NCBI GenBank assembly: GCA_029248525.1
Contig: JAQWJE010000014.1
Coordinates: forward strand, 139,561 to 203,560
Length of the DNA stretch: 64,000 nucleotides
Reading direction: 5' to 3'
Origin: Candidatus Binatia bacterium
GTDB lineage: Bacteria; Desulfobacterota; Binatia; UBA12015
The translations under genes and the position numbers were made by a program. The notes beneath the pieces were generated by a model. The model saw only the letters and a program-made list of their open reading frames with translations, did not search any database and was not told the origin of the DNA. Each line of letters opens with the position of its first letter. Positions within the stretch are counted from its first letter, which is position 1. Below are positions 1-8,982 of this stretch, in pieces.

Positions 1-75
1 CCCGACAGCAGTTGCGAGGATGTAATGGGAGGATCTACAGTTTCAAAAGCAACTCCGGCGCGCCTCTCGAATGGA

Positions 76-2703
76 TCACTGTTCCAACTCGAAAGGCCCG
101 AGATCGACTCCTCCACCCTGAGGCCGCACAACGTGATCGAAATCCGCCGACGGGGCCGATGCGGCGTTGCCCGTATCGATCAAGTCCGAGGCGCTCCTCA
201 GCAGATGAAAATCCAATGCGTAGGTCTGCACCAGGGCGTCGATATTGGCCGGCGCGAACTCTCCGCTGGTCGCATGCGGATCGGGACGAGCAACGCTGAT
301 ATCGAATACATTCTCAAAAAGGTCCCCCAATGCGTCGGCTTGGGAGAAGGCGATGAACTCGTTGTCCTGCGCCGTCCCGAACTGCGACAAACCCACTACG
401 TAGTTGTTGGTGGTGAGCACGTTGGAAGCATTGCCGTTGTTTTTCAGTCCGTAGTCATTGCCGTCTCGCGCCCATATGACGTTGTTGGCAATCAACAGAT
501 CGTCGGCGGTATTCACCGTCATGCCGGTATAATTCGATGTGCCCGGGTAGGCACCGTTTTGAAAAACCAGATTATTGACCAGTTCGCCCCGATCGGTCTT
601 GTGGTACACCACCCCGCCAAAACCGTTATTAAACGCGATATTGTTCTCGAATCGCATACGACCGTATTGGTAGGTGGTGTTGTTTCGGGTCACGTAGAGC
701 CCTTGGCCGTCGATAATGCCGCCAGTGTAATAATCGCAGTTGCCATACGCGTCTGCGGTGCTGCTCTCCAAAGGCGAACTGCAGAACTCCATGAAGTTCC
801 AATTATTGTATACGACGTTCCCCGAATACAGGAATTTGACCGCATCTTCGGTGTCGATACTCAGCGCTGTGGCAATGACGATCGCACTCTCCGCGCTGGT
901 CGACCACCATGTTGTGTTGGAAACGGTATTTCCCTGCACGAGGATGTAGTCCGCCTTGTTGAATCGGATGCCCGAAGCTGGCGTGTGGTGAACGTCACAG
1001 TTTTCGATCACAATATGGTGCACCGGCCCCCAGCTATAGATACCGCGGCCCGTATAGAAGTTCTCCTTGGACCAACGGTGCTCGTGGGCCCATTCGTATT
1101 TGATTTCCTGGTTTGGCCCCTGGATTTCGAGGCCTTCGATCCGAACGTAGTTGGCCCCACTGCCGATTTGAATGCCGCCAAGCCCGTCGAATTGCAGCAG
1201 CGGACGAACATCGTTTCCATCCGGATAGGCCGCGATCGTGATCCAGTTGTCGGCGGTTCCCGATGCCGTCAGCCGCGCCACCAGTCCGTTGTTGACGCTC
1301 ACATTCCCGTCAATCCCATGCGCCTCCGCGAAGCCCGTATTCCTGTAGACTCCATCCTTGATGTAAAGCGTGTCCCCGGCCGTGAGCTGGGAAACCGCGT
1401 AGCCTATCGTCGCGAAGGGTGACGCCTCGTCGCCAAGATTACCGTCATCACCGTTTCCATCGACAAAGTAGACCGCACCGAGCGAGGGGCCGTACTCCAC
1501 AACGCTCAGCGTCGCGGAATCGCCATCGACCTCAAAACCGGAAGCCGCCTCCAGAGAAAAGACGATACTCTCCTCCCCCTCCAATGCCGGAGTCCTCAGG
1601 GGATCGACCTCGATATCCACGCTTTGTACACCGGCAGGAATGATCAGAGGGTTGGTCAGGAGCGTTCCGCCCGCAAGCAGTTCGTAGTCGACGCCGATCC
1701 CGGCGCTGCCACCCAGCGTGAACGTAATCTCGGTATCACGCGGCTGCACCGCCGAAAGCGAGACACGCAAAAGACCCGACTCGAGCCCGCCCTCATGGAG
1801 ACTGGCGTCGACGGCGACCACCGAGGCGGACAAGATAGAGCACCTGCCCACTTGACCGAGCGCCGCCGCCCCCGCCCCGCAGGTCGGGCAGCTATCGTTC
1901 GCAGCCCCATCGTCAAAAACCTCGCAGTCCGCCTGCAGGCCGTGAGCCTCGTTCGCAGAGAGACAGAGCTGACAGCGAGATCCGGCGCTCAGGCAACTGA
2001 CGAGGTCCGACGACCGGCTGCACAATCCCGGGAACAGTATCTCCGTCTCGAAACCGAGGCATTTCCTGTCGAGAACTTTGCGGACCTTTGCCTCCAACTT
2101 GGCGAGCTTCAATCTGGGATCGTCAACCACTGCCTGCAGGCACTCCGACTCGATATCGCCAACATCGGAGAGCGTACCGGCCTTCAACTCATTCTTGAGG
2201 CACGTACCGAAAAGCTTGGCCGTCGCAGCAGAAAGCTTCTGTGCCATCCGCAGGACGAGGTGCTGACATTTGCCCTCCTCATCGGCCCGCAAGGATCCCG
2301 CCAGATCGGAGCCGAAGAGCTCGAGAATCAGATTGCGGCCCAGTCGCGTCGCGGCCTGATTGATCTCATCTCCGGTGGCGACACCGAACGTGGGCACGAC
2401 CGGGCAAGTTTCCACCTCGGTCTCGAGAGTTTTCCGAGTGGCCTTGGCAATCTTGCCCCTGTTGTCCCTCACCGCACAGCCCAGAGGGTCCAGTTCAACG
2501 CCCTTGATCGCCGACGAAACACATTTCGCGAGTTCACCGGCCACGGTATGGCTGACCTTCTGCCCGTCCCGAACCAGTCCATTAATGCACTTCTGGGCCG
2601 CCTTGTCGGGTGCGGTCGCCCACGACCGAGCAGGCGCGCTCAGGATCAATACAAGGAAGAGCAGGACAATTGTGGCAGGATCGAGGCGGTTGGCTTGAAA
2701 CAT
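76..2703 (-). CDS. Secreted multidomain protein: Cys-rich helical N-terminal region, Calx-beta/Ig-like domain, right-handed parallel beta-helix (pectate-lyase-like) domain, C-terminal choice-of-anchor-Q-like tail
   Basis: Signal peptide (LLFLVLILSAPARSWA); RBS GAGGAG before ATG; YFVDGNGDDGNLGD..PFATI..A..L.AGDTLYIKDGVY typical of beta-helix N-termini; Asn-ladder repeats; DFHL..S.LIDTG...RPQGGGVDLGPFE tail. Confidence 0.8.
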   Translation of the reverse strand: MFQANRLDPATIVLLFLVLILSAPARSWATAPDKAAQKCINGLVRDGQKVSHTVAGELAKCVSSAIKGVELDPLGCAVRDNRGKIAKATRKTLETEVETCPVVPTFGVATGDEINQAATRLGRNLILELFGSDLAGSLRADEEGKCQHLVLRMAQKLSAATAKLFGTCLKNELKAGTLSDVGDIESECLQAVVDDPRLKLAKLEAKVRKVLDRKCLGFETEILFPGLCSRSSDLVSCLSAGSRCQLCLSANEAHGLQADCEVFDDGAANDSCPTCGAGAAALGQVGRCSILSASVVAVDASLHEGGLESGLLRVSLSAVQPRDTEITFTLGGSAGIGVDYELLAGGTLLTNPLIIPAGVQSVDIEVDPLRTPALEGEESIVFSLEAASGFEVDGDSATLSVVEYGPSLGAVYFVDGNGDDGNLGDEASPFATIGYAVSQLTAGDTLYIKDGVYRNTGFAEAHGIDGNVSVNNGLVARLTASGTADNWITIAAYPDGNDVRPLLQFDGLGGIQIGSGANYVRIEGLEIQGPNQEIKYEWAHEHRWSKENFYTGRGIYSWGPVHHIVIENCDVHHTPASGIRFNKADYILVQGNTVSNTTWWSTSAESAIVIATALSIDTEDAVKFLYSGNVVYNNWNFMEFCSSPLESSTADAYGNCDYYTGGIIDGQGLYVTRNNTTYQYGRMRFENNIAFNNGFGGVVYHKTDRGELVNNLVFQNGAYPGTSNYTGMTVNTADDLLIANNVIWARDGNDYGLKNNGNASNVLTTNNYVVGLSQFGTAQDNEFIAFSQADALGDLFENVFDISVARPDPHATSGEFAPANIDALVQTYALDFHLLRSASDLIDTGNAASAPSADFDHVVRPQGGGVDLGPFELEQ

Positions 2704-2933
2704 CGAGGGACTCCTCAGGTCTATTCAGAAGACCGGACATCCTGAGTGTTCCAGATGAAACACCCGAGGTCCATATCGCCAATCACCGTTTCGGATCCGG
2801 AGCCTTGGGTCCGATGCCCGCACCCTGAGAAACCCGAACTCCCGGAGCACCTGAAGCACCGTGCCGGCCTGCAGGCCAGTTGATCCCGTGGGTACCGCTC
2901 CAACCCCTTGGTTACGGGCGACCCCCAGGCGGA

Positions 2934-2969
2934 GCGGGGCTGAGAGGATCAGGATCCCCTCAGCCCCGC
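2934..2969 (-). terminator. GC-rich 17-bp stem-loop between the CBM2 gene and the beta-helix gene (terminator or mRNA stabiliser)
   Basis: Minus strand GCGGGGCTGAGGGGATC-CT-GATCCTCTCAGCCCCGC, fully paired with one G.U; no U-tract follows. Confidence 0.5.
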
Positions 2970-3009
2970 CAAATGCTCTACTTGAGCGGTTGAAGCCCTC
3001 CGGCAGAGG

Positions 3010-4383
3010 CTAGGGTGCCAGGGGCGTGGAGGAAGATTCCAGATTGAACCCGACAGGATCCCCAAGAGAAACCATACTCTGGAAATACTCGATCACTCCG
3101 GAGTCCGAGACATCCAGCGCCGGCCACTGTGGCCAATCAAAGGTGTCGTTCATGAACGGCTCCATCTGATCCCAACCGAGCACCGTCAGGTGGTTCACGT
3201 CGTGATTGATCGCCACCCCTTCCAATGATCGGAAGCCATGGGTCCGCCCATGCATCCATCCTCCATAATGCGGCTCCATCTTCAGCGTATGGATGAAGGT
3301 ATCCACGATCTCGTACTCCTCCAGGTACGCCGCGTAGCCCGCGTGACCATAGGACTCGACCATCTCCATCACTTGAGCTCTCATCGCTTCCTGGTTGGCA
3401 ACGGTGCGCGCCGTGCGTTGGATATCCGCAAGGATTTGCGGATCGTACCGCTCGTCCGCAATCCATCCAACCTTGGCACCCTGCATTGCGTACCAGAGTC
3501 CCACACCGAGCAGATCATTGCCCCAGGCCTGACTGTTATTGGTCAGAGATTCCGCGAACGCCCACGTGCCGACATCCTCGATTGCTGCGGCGGGAAGACC
3601 GAAGAAGGCTCGCAGGTGATTGTAGGCCTCAACCGCTTCGGTCGTGATCGCCGTGCGACCGCCCACCAACTCATCATGTTCGGAGTTGTGGTTCGAGCCG
3701 TGGAAAGTGCCCCAGGTGGTTATATCCACGTAGTCACCGGTGCTGGCCGGCGGAGGCATATGGTCATGTCCGCCGTCATCGTGGCCATCGTGACCGTCCG
3801 GCTCCGCAGGGTCAGCTGGCGGCGAATTCGTCGGCGACGGCGTTGGCGACCAGGGTGTCGGTGTCGGAGAGGCCGGTGATGGTGTCGGCTCTACTGTCGG
3901 CGCCGGAGGAGGTGTGCTGGACGGCTCGCCGGGCGGGAGCGCGTCAGAGTCCGGCCCCGGAGCGGTATTGGCCGAGCATGCTCTGCCGTTCAATCTAAAG
4001 GCCGCCGGGTCCAGCGGCGGATCGCCTTCGTAATCGGCGTAGAATCCGAAGCTGACGGAATCTCCGGCAGGTATCACTCGGTTCCATCCGACATTCTTGA
4101 CGCGAAATCCCGATGCGTCTTCCTGAATGATGCCGTCCCATAACTCCACAATCTCCTGTCGTTCCGGAACTTCGAATGCGAAGTGCCATCCGTTTTCGAG
4201 ATCGAGGTCGCGCTCACCTTCGTTGTAAATCTCCACGTTTGCAATGAAGCCGCCGGTCCATGCCTGAGTCACTTCGTACTCCACATGACACGGTCGTTGT
4301 GTTTTGCAGGCTGAGCCAAATGCAAAGCACAGAGCGATCATTCCATAACGAGAGAAAGAGCTTCCGTGTTTTTCTTGCCACAT
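3010..4383 (-). CDS. Lipoprotein with CBM2 (cellulose/chitin-binding) domain, Pro/Thr linker and His-rich C-terminal domain of unknown function
   Basis: ATG at 4383 with AAGGGG RBS; lipobox-like FGSAC; CBM2 pattern C.V.Y.V...W.GGF.A.V...W...LW...WN..I..G.SVSFGF...LNG.AC; PTPSP linker. Confidence 0.8.
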   Translation of the reverse strand: MWQEKHGSSFSRYGMIALCFAFGSACKTQRPCHVEYEVTQAWTGGFIANVEIYNEGERDLDLENGWHFAFEVPERQEIVELWDGIIQEDASGFRVKNVGWNRVIPAGDSVSFGFYADYEGDPPLDPAAFRLNGRACSANTAPGPDSDALPPGEPSSTPPPAPTVEPTPSPASPTPTPWSPTPSPTNSPPADPAEPDGHDGHDDGGHDHMPPPASTGDYVDITTWGTFHGSNHNSEHDELVGGRTAITTEAVEAYNHLRAFFGLPAAAIEDVGTWAFAESLTNNSQAWGNDLLGVGLWYAMQGAKVGWIADERYDPQILADIQRTARTVANQEAMRAQVMEMVESYGHAGYAAYLEEYEIVDTFIHTLKMEPHYGGWMHGRTHGFRSLEGVAINHDVNHLTVLGWDQMEPFMNDTFDWPQWPALDVSDSGVIEYFQSMVSLGDPVGFNLESSSTPLAP

Positions 4384-4968
4384 ATCAAATCCCCTTATCG
4401 TTGGTTGTTCCGTGTCCGCTGAGAACATGGGGAAGCAGCGCTGGAATCGGTACAGCGGAAACACCATTCGAGCCGATTTTCGCGCTTAAGAAAAGATGCC
4501 GGAATCCCCTACGCAACGCGCAATCGAGATGCGAGGTCATTTGAAGTGGGCGTTGGGCAGGCAGGCCGAAAACCCCTGGGCATCAAGCTCTGCGGAGAGA
4601 CGTCCTGACAGGAGAAACTTTGCGTATCGGTGCGCACAAAAAATTCACGGAAACTCAGCGCATGCGATGGACCGACTTCGGAATACTCTACGAAGAGTCT
4701 CGCCGAGCCGCCCCCTCGAGGGTCCAGCCGCGCGCCCCGACATGAAAACTTCAACTCTCCGCAGCAGACGCAGAATCATAAAACGAAGTCGTCGGAAGAT
4801 CCGCCAAAAGTGAGAAGGCTGATTGCGGAACGAGAGCGAACAGTATTTCACACCCCGCGGGATGAAGCCGGACAGATTTCGGTCGATAGCGTGAGATCCA
4901 TGAAGCTGCCGTTGCCGCGGCATCAAATGCCTGCCCGTCAAGCTGGCACTGCAGCCCGCTCGCAGTCG

Positions 4969-5973
4969 CTATGCAACCCCGGTTGTGGCCTGAATCTCCG
5001 CAACGGACTCCCGCAATGCCTGCTCAAGAGGTCGATATTCCATGCCGAGTTCGCGCACAGCTCGGCTGCCATCAAAAAGCAGCGAGCCCGCCTGGGTAGT
5101 CTTGAGGATGTCCACCGGGAGCGCAGGACGTTGACCGGTGATCGATGCAAGCCATTCGAGGGCATACGCTACCGGAAGCAGAAGAGCTTCGGGGAGGTTG
5201 AGCGATGGTGCCGAAACCCCGGCAAGTCGCCCGATGATTTCGAAATACTCACGCGTCGTTGCCCGCTCCGTGCCCACCAGGTAAGCACGCCCCGTCGATT
5301 CATCCGAAAACAGGGCCCGCACGATTGCTTCGGCCGCATCCCGAACATGAACGTAGGTATAAACAGTATCGGCCCCGACCAGTGCAGGCAGATTCCCCGT
5401 CACGGCGCGCCCGACCTCCATTGTAGGTCGAGGGTCACCCGCGCCGATCACAGCCGCGAGGTGGACGACTGTAAGCGGAAGTTGCTGCTCGCGGTAGAGA
5501 TCCCAAGCCGCTCGATCACCAAGGTGCTTACTGCGGGCATAGTCACTCGGATGAGGACCCGCTGGTTCGTCCTCGTCAAAAGGAATCCTTGCGGGCACGC
5601 CGAAGGCTAGCGGCGTGCTGACTTGTACTGCCTTTCCCACCCCGGCCCGCACAGCTGCACGAAAGACATTCTCGGCACCTCGCTGGTTGAGGTCGTAATA
5701 CGCCACACGGCTCGGGCTCCAAAAGTCGCGGTTTCCGGCAAGGTTGATGACACCCCAGACACCGTCGAGCAATTGCTCAAGGCCGGCGGATGTGACGACG
5801 TCGCCCTCGACATAGCGGACTCGTCCATCGGCTTCTCCGCCCTCGGCCGCATCCCGCGCCGACCGACTCAAGCAGCGAAGCTCGATGTCGGGCTCGCTCA
5901 GCAAGCGCTCGACCACGTGGCGCCCAACAAATCCGGTGGCCCCGGTAATCGCGACAATACGTTTATCCGACAT
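4969..5973 (-). CDS. NAD-dependent epimerase/dehydratase (extended SDR, dihydroflavonol-reductase-like)
   Basis: TGATGFVG Rossmann motif; YARSK catalytic YxxxK. Confidence 0.85.
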   Translation of the reverse strand: MSDKRIVAITGATGFVGRHVVERLLSEPDIELRCLSRSARDAAEGGEADGRVRYVEGDVVTSAGLEQLLDGVWGVINLAGNRDFWSPSRVAYYDLNQRGAENVFRAAVRAGVGKAVQVSTPLAFGVPARIPFDEDEPAGPHPSDYARSKHLGDRAAWDLYREQQLPLTVVHLAAVIGAGDPRPTMEVGRAVTGNLPALVGADTVYTYVHVRDAAEAIVRALFSDESTGRAYLVGTERATTREYFEIIGRLAGVSAPSLNLPEALLLPVAYALEWLASITGQRPALPVDILKTTQAGSLLFDGSRAVRELGMEYRPLEQALRESVAEIQATTGVA

Positions 5974-6161
5974 CGACCTTATTAAAGCTCGCTTTGCGCC
6001 TTCTGCAACCTCGCCTGTCGCGATCGAGCGGCGACCCGGCGATCAGCCACACGTCAAAGGGCCATCTCGACAAGAGTCATTTCGAAACCTTGATGAACCT
6101 GCACTGCGGTCCGCATCGGCCTGGATGGAACGTCCACGATTCCCGTGCAAGCGAGCCTGCG

Positions 6162-7235
6162 TCAGGCACCTCGACAGAAGTCAGCGATGCTGCGTGCCGT
6201 TTCACGGCTGATTTCGGGGCAAAGAATAGGCATCGTGTCAGACCCGTGAGCGGTACCCATCAATTGGCGACATTGGGCGGGCACGCCGGCTTCGAGAAGA
6301 AGTCGATAGAATGCGATACCCTCGTCGCGCAGCGGGTCACATTCGTTCACGCTGATCACAGTTGGCGGCAGACCTTTGAGATCTTCGGCCTTCGCGAAAC
6401 CGGGCCACGCCAGCGGGTTCCTCTTCTCGAGTTCTTCGATTCCATACGACATCGCCCCCTGATTATTATGAAGGTCCAACAGGATGCCGTTGTTCTCGGT
6501 TGACGATGGATTCTCCGGCAGCGGCCATATCCCGGCGATATAAGGACAGAGCGCGTATAGTCCGGCGATCAAAGCCGTATTGCCGTCCTCAAGCAGTCGC
6601 ATCCCTGTCGCCAGAGTTAAATTCCCACCACCGCTCTCTCCGGCCACTATGATCCGCGCTGGATCGATACCGAGACTTTGGTGTTCCTCGGCTACCCAGG
6701 AAAGACCCGAGACACAGTCGTTCAAGCCCGCCGGGAAGGGTGCGACTTCCGGAGCCGACGAAGGCAACACCGAGTTGCGAAAGTCGACCATGGCCACCGC
6801 CACTCTTTGCTGGGCCATCATCCGGCCCCAAGCCCGATAGTTCCCGTCAAAGCAAGACATCATCATCATGCCTCCCCCATGGATATAGTAGACGCAGGGA
6901 ACAACCGCGTCATCGTCGGGCCGGATGAACTGGATCTTGATCTGATTCCCATCCGGTTGCGAGGTGAATTCGAGCGTTTCGATCCGGAGCCCCGACGAGG
7001 GCGAAATCTCCTCGGTATCGCACATCGCCGCGAAGGTCTCGAAAGCCTTGCGAGCCTCCTGAGATTCAGGAGTCGCCTGGTCCGCCAGCAACGCTTCTCG
7101 ACTATCGACGTCCCGCATCTCGGGGTCTGGAAATAGAGCAAGCATGGTCCTGATACGTGGATCCATGCGCCGATCGGTCTTGATATCAAATTTGGGCAAG
7201 AGAGGGCTCCTTGAGTTCTGGGCAGGCCGCATCAT
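6162..7235 (-). CDS. Alpha/beta hydrolase, HSL/family IV esterase-lipase
   Basis: HGGG oxyanion motif, GESGG nucleophile, ECDPLRDEG, C-terminal His (AHG). Confidence 0.9.
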   Translation of the reverse strand: MMRPAQNSRSPLLPKFDIKTDRRMDPRIRTMLALFPDPEMRDVDSREALLADQATPESQEARKAFETFAAMCDTEEISPSSGLRIETLEFTSQPDGNQIKIQFIRPDDDAVVPCVYYIHGGGMMMMSCFDGNYRAWGRMMAQQRVAVAMVDFRNSVLPSSAPEVAPFPAGLNDCVSGLSWVAEEHQSLGIDPARIIVAGESGGGNLTLATGMRLLEDGNTALIAGLYALCPYIAGIWPLPENPSSTENNGILLDLHNNQGAMSYGIEELEKRNPLAWPGFAKAEDLKGLPPTVISVNECDPLRDEGIAFYRLLLEAGVPAQCRQLMGTAHGSDTMPILCPEISRETARSIADFCRGA

Positions 7236-7305
7236 GGCCCCCGGTTTTCTTTTTCGCCAAAGCGGATGCCTTGGTCAAATCGAACCCCGGACCGACATTC
7301 AGCCC

Positions 7306-8892
7306 TCAATCATCCTCTGCTCCGGCGAGAATCCATTCTCGCACCTTCGCGACCAGAACCGGCTCAAGCAGGGTCGGTGCGTTCCCCGGCATATGCGCAA
7401 ATTCGGTCCCTTCATCATCGAGGGGCTCACAACGCGAAATCAACCGATAGAGCCAACTCCCGTCGGGATCGCCGGGGGCAATCAGCGGCATCTCGGTTCG
7501 AGCCGTCACGACCGGGGCACCGACCAGCGCGGCCAGATCTCCAGTCTCAAGGTCAAGCCCAGCGGCTGGAGTCACGCTGCCATGGCACGCCGAGTAGTTA
7601 CAAGATGGGGCAAAGATCGTCTCTCTGATACTCGAGAAGGTGGGCGGAGCCTCTGCCGATGCATCGTTCGGGGTGTCTACACATACGGGCCTTGCCGGCA
7701 GGTCGATATCTTCCGGTGCCACTTCGGGAACGTAAAGGTCGGCATTGATCTCGTCTGCTGTGGGCGGACCCTGAGCCGGATTACGCGGAACTGCCAGAAT
7801 CGAGCACGGCCCCGTACCCAAAGGAACACCGCGGTCTTCGCCCGCGCTATCTGTCGTTTCACTGACTTGCAGATCCATCATGATTTCCGTCTCGGCAAGC
7901 CCCAGCATAACGCACATCTCCTGGTCACCGATGCCCCATCCAATGCTCTCGTCTCTGGGGTTGCGAAAGCCGCAGACCACGCGCAAACCAGTCGCATCGC
8001 CGAGATCAAGAGGCGGCTCGAGCGCCAGTCCATTCGCATCACCGTTGAACGTATTCAACTCATGCAGGACACGACCGTCGTTCTCACCACCGACAACTTC
8101 GACTCGAAAATGATTTCCAAGCTCATGCGTGTGCGGCAAGACCCAGTGCAGCTTCATATCGAAGGGCCGATCCGCCGCCCCTGCAAAAGCGCTCGCCATA
8201 TCGCATTCAATGGCATAGCGCTGTTCGCTCTCCGGTGGAATATCGAGAGCGTAATAGCTGAAGCGAAAAGGCGAGAGAATCGCCTCGACGTCGCGAGGAT
8301 GAATCAGTTCGAGCGACATTTGCAGGCCCGTGCGCAGCTCTCGCGCAGAGAGGTTCAGGAAATGCACGCCGGCAACCACCTTGTGGCGAGGGGGAATCTT
8401 CACGACCGCACCGGGCCGAAAACCCTGGACCTCGAAAAGTGATTGCGTCGATTGCGCAAAGATTACCGTGCCAGCGACAGCCGCGCCGATCTCGCTGAAC
8501 TCTCGATCTCCACAATCAAAATAACCGTCGGGCCCGGCGTAGAGGTCGTCGGGAACCACAAACCAATTTGAATGGTGCGAAGCACCCGGGTTGCTGAGAG
8601 TCACAGACTGCACGTAGAGTGCCGATTCGTTGCCAAGCGTCCACGCAACACATTGGGACGCTATTTCTTCCCCCGGGCCGAGAACCAGCTCTCCCAGGAA
8701 ATGTGTCAGTCGCGCAGCCTCGAGATCAGGAGTCGGCTCCGGCATCGGATCGGGCGTTGGCTCCGGTACCGGCGATGCGTCAGGCGTTGGACCCGACGGC
8801 GTATCTCCAACGTTTCCGGTCTCGGTGCCGGACCCACCACATGCAGCGCCGAGAAGCGCCGCGAAAACCATCGTCGGTAAAACCCATCTCAT
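7306..8892 (-). CDS. Lipoprotein: copper type II ascorbate-dependent monooxygenase-like (PHM/DBH) domains plus C-terminal c-type heme domain
   Basis: Start MRWVLP with lipobox GAAC; CuH-like SHH...HFLN and CuM-like PHTH...EMC motifs; C-terminal CNYSACH...GLDL...PGDPDGS.LY...MP...WI..GA cytochrome-c-like module. Confidence 0.75.
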   Translation of the reverse strand: MRWVLPTMVFAALLGAACGGSGTETGNVGDTPSGPTPDASPVPEPTPDPMPEPTPDLEAARLTHFLGELVLGPGEEIASQCVAWTLGNESALYVQSVTLSNPGASHHSNWFVVPDDLYAGPDGYFDCGDREFSEIGAAVAGTVIFAQSTQSLFEVQGFRPGAVVKIPPRHKVVAGVHFLNLSARELRTGLQMSLELIHPRDVEAILSPFRFSYYALDIPPESEQRYAIECDMASAFAGAADRPFDMKLHWVLPHTHELGNHFRVEVVGGENDGRVLHELNTFNGDANGLALEPPLDLGDATGLRVVCGFRNPRDESIGWGIGDQEMCVMLGLAETEIMMDLQVSETTDSAGEDRGVPLGTGPCSILAVPRNPAQGPPTADEINADLYVPEVAPEDIDLPARPVCVDTPNDASAEAPPTFSSIRETIFAPSCNYSACHGSVTPAAGLDLETGDLAALVGAPVVTARTEMPLIAPGDPDGSWLYRLISRCEPLDDEGTEFAHMPGNAPTLLEPVLVAKVREWILAGAEDD

Positions 8893-8982
8893 GCTTGATC
8901 CAATCGCAAGAAGTGGGTCGGAGGCAAGCTCTCGCTCAAAAGAATCTACCAAACTCAAGCTGGAGGCCGGTTGCGCCTCTCC

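Noticed and set aside
2820..2865. Weak 9-bp periodicity (cac cct gag / aaa ccc gaa / ctc ccg gag) in the intergenic region
   Set aside because: Too short and degenerate to distinguish from chance.
4468..4968. 500-bp gap upstream of the CBM2 gene: possible c-di-GMP-I riboswitch (ACGCAAAG on the minus strand) or a 98-aa ORF
   Set aside because: The GCAAAC..GAAA..G P2 element is absent and the ORFs lack an RBS and protein-like composition. An Infernal search would be needed to exclude an ncRNA.
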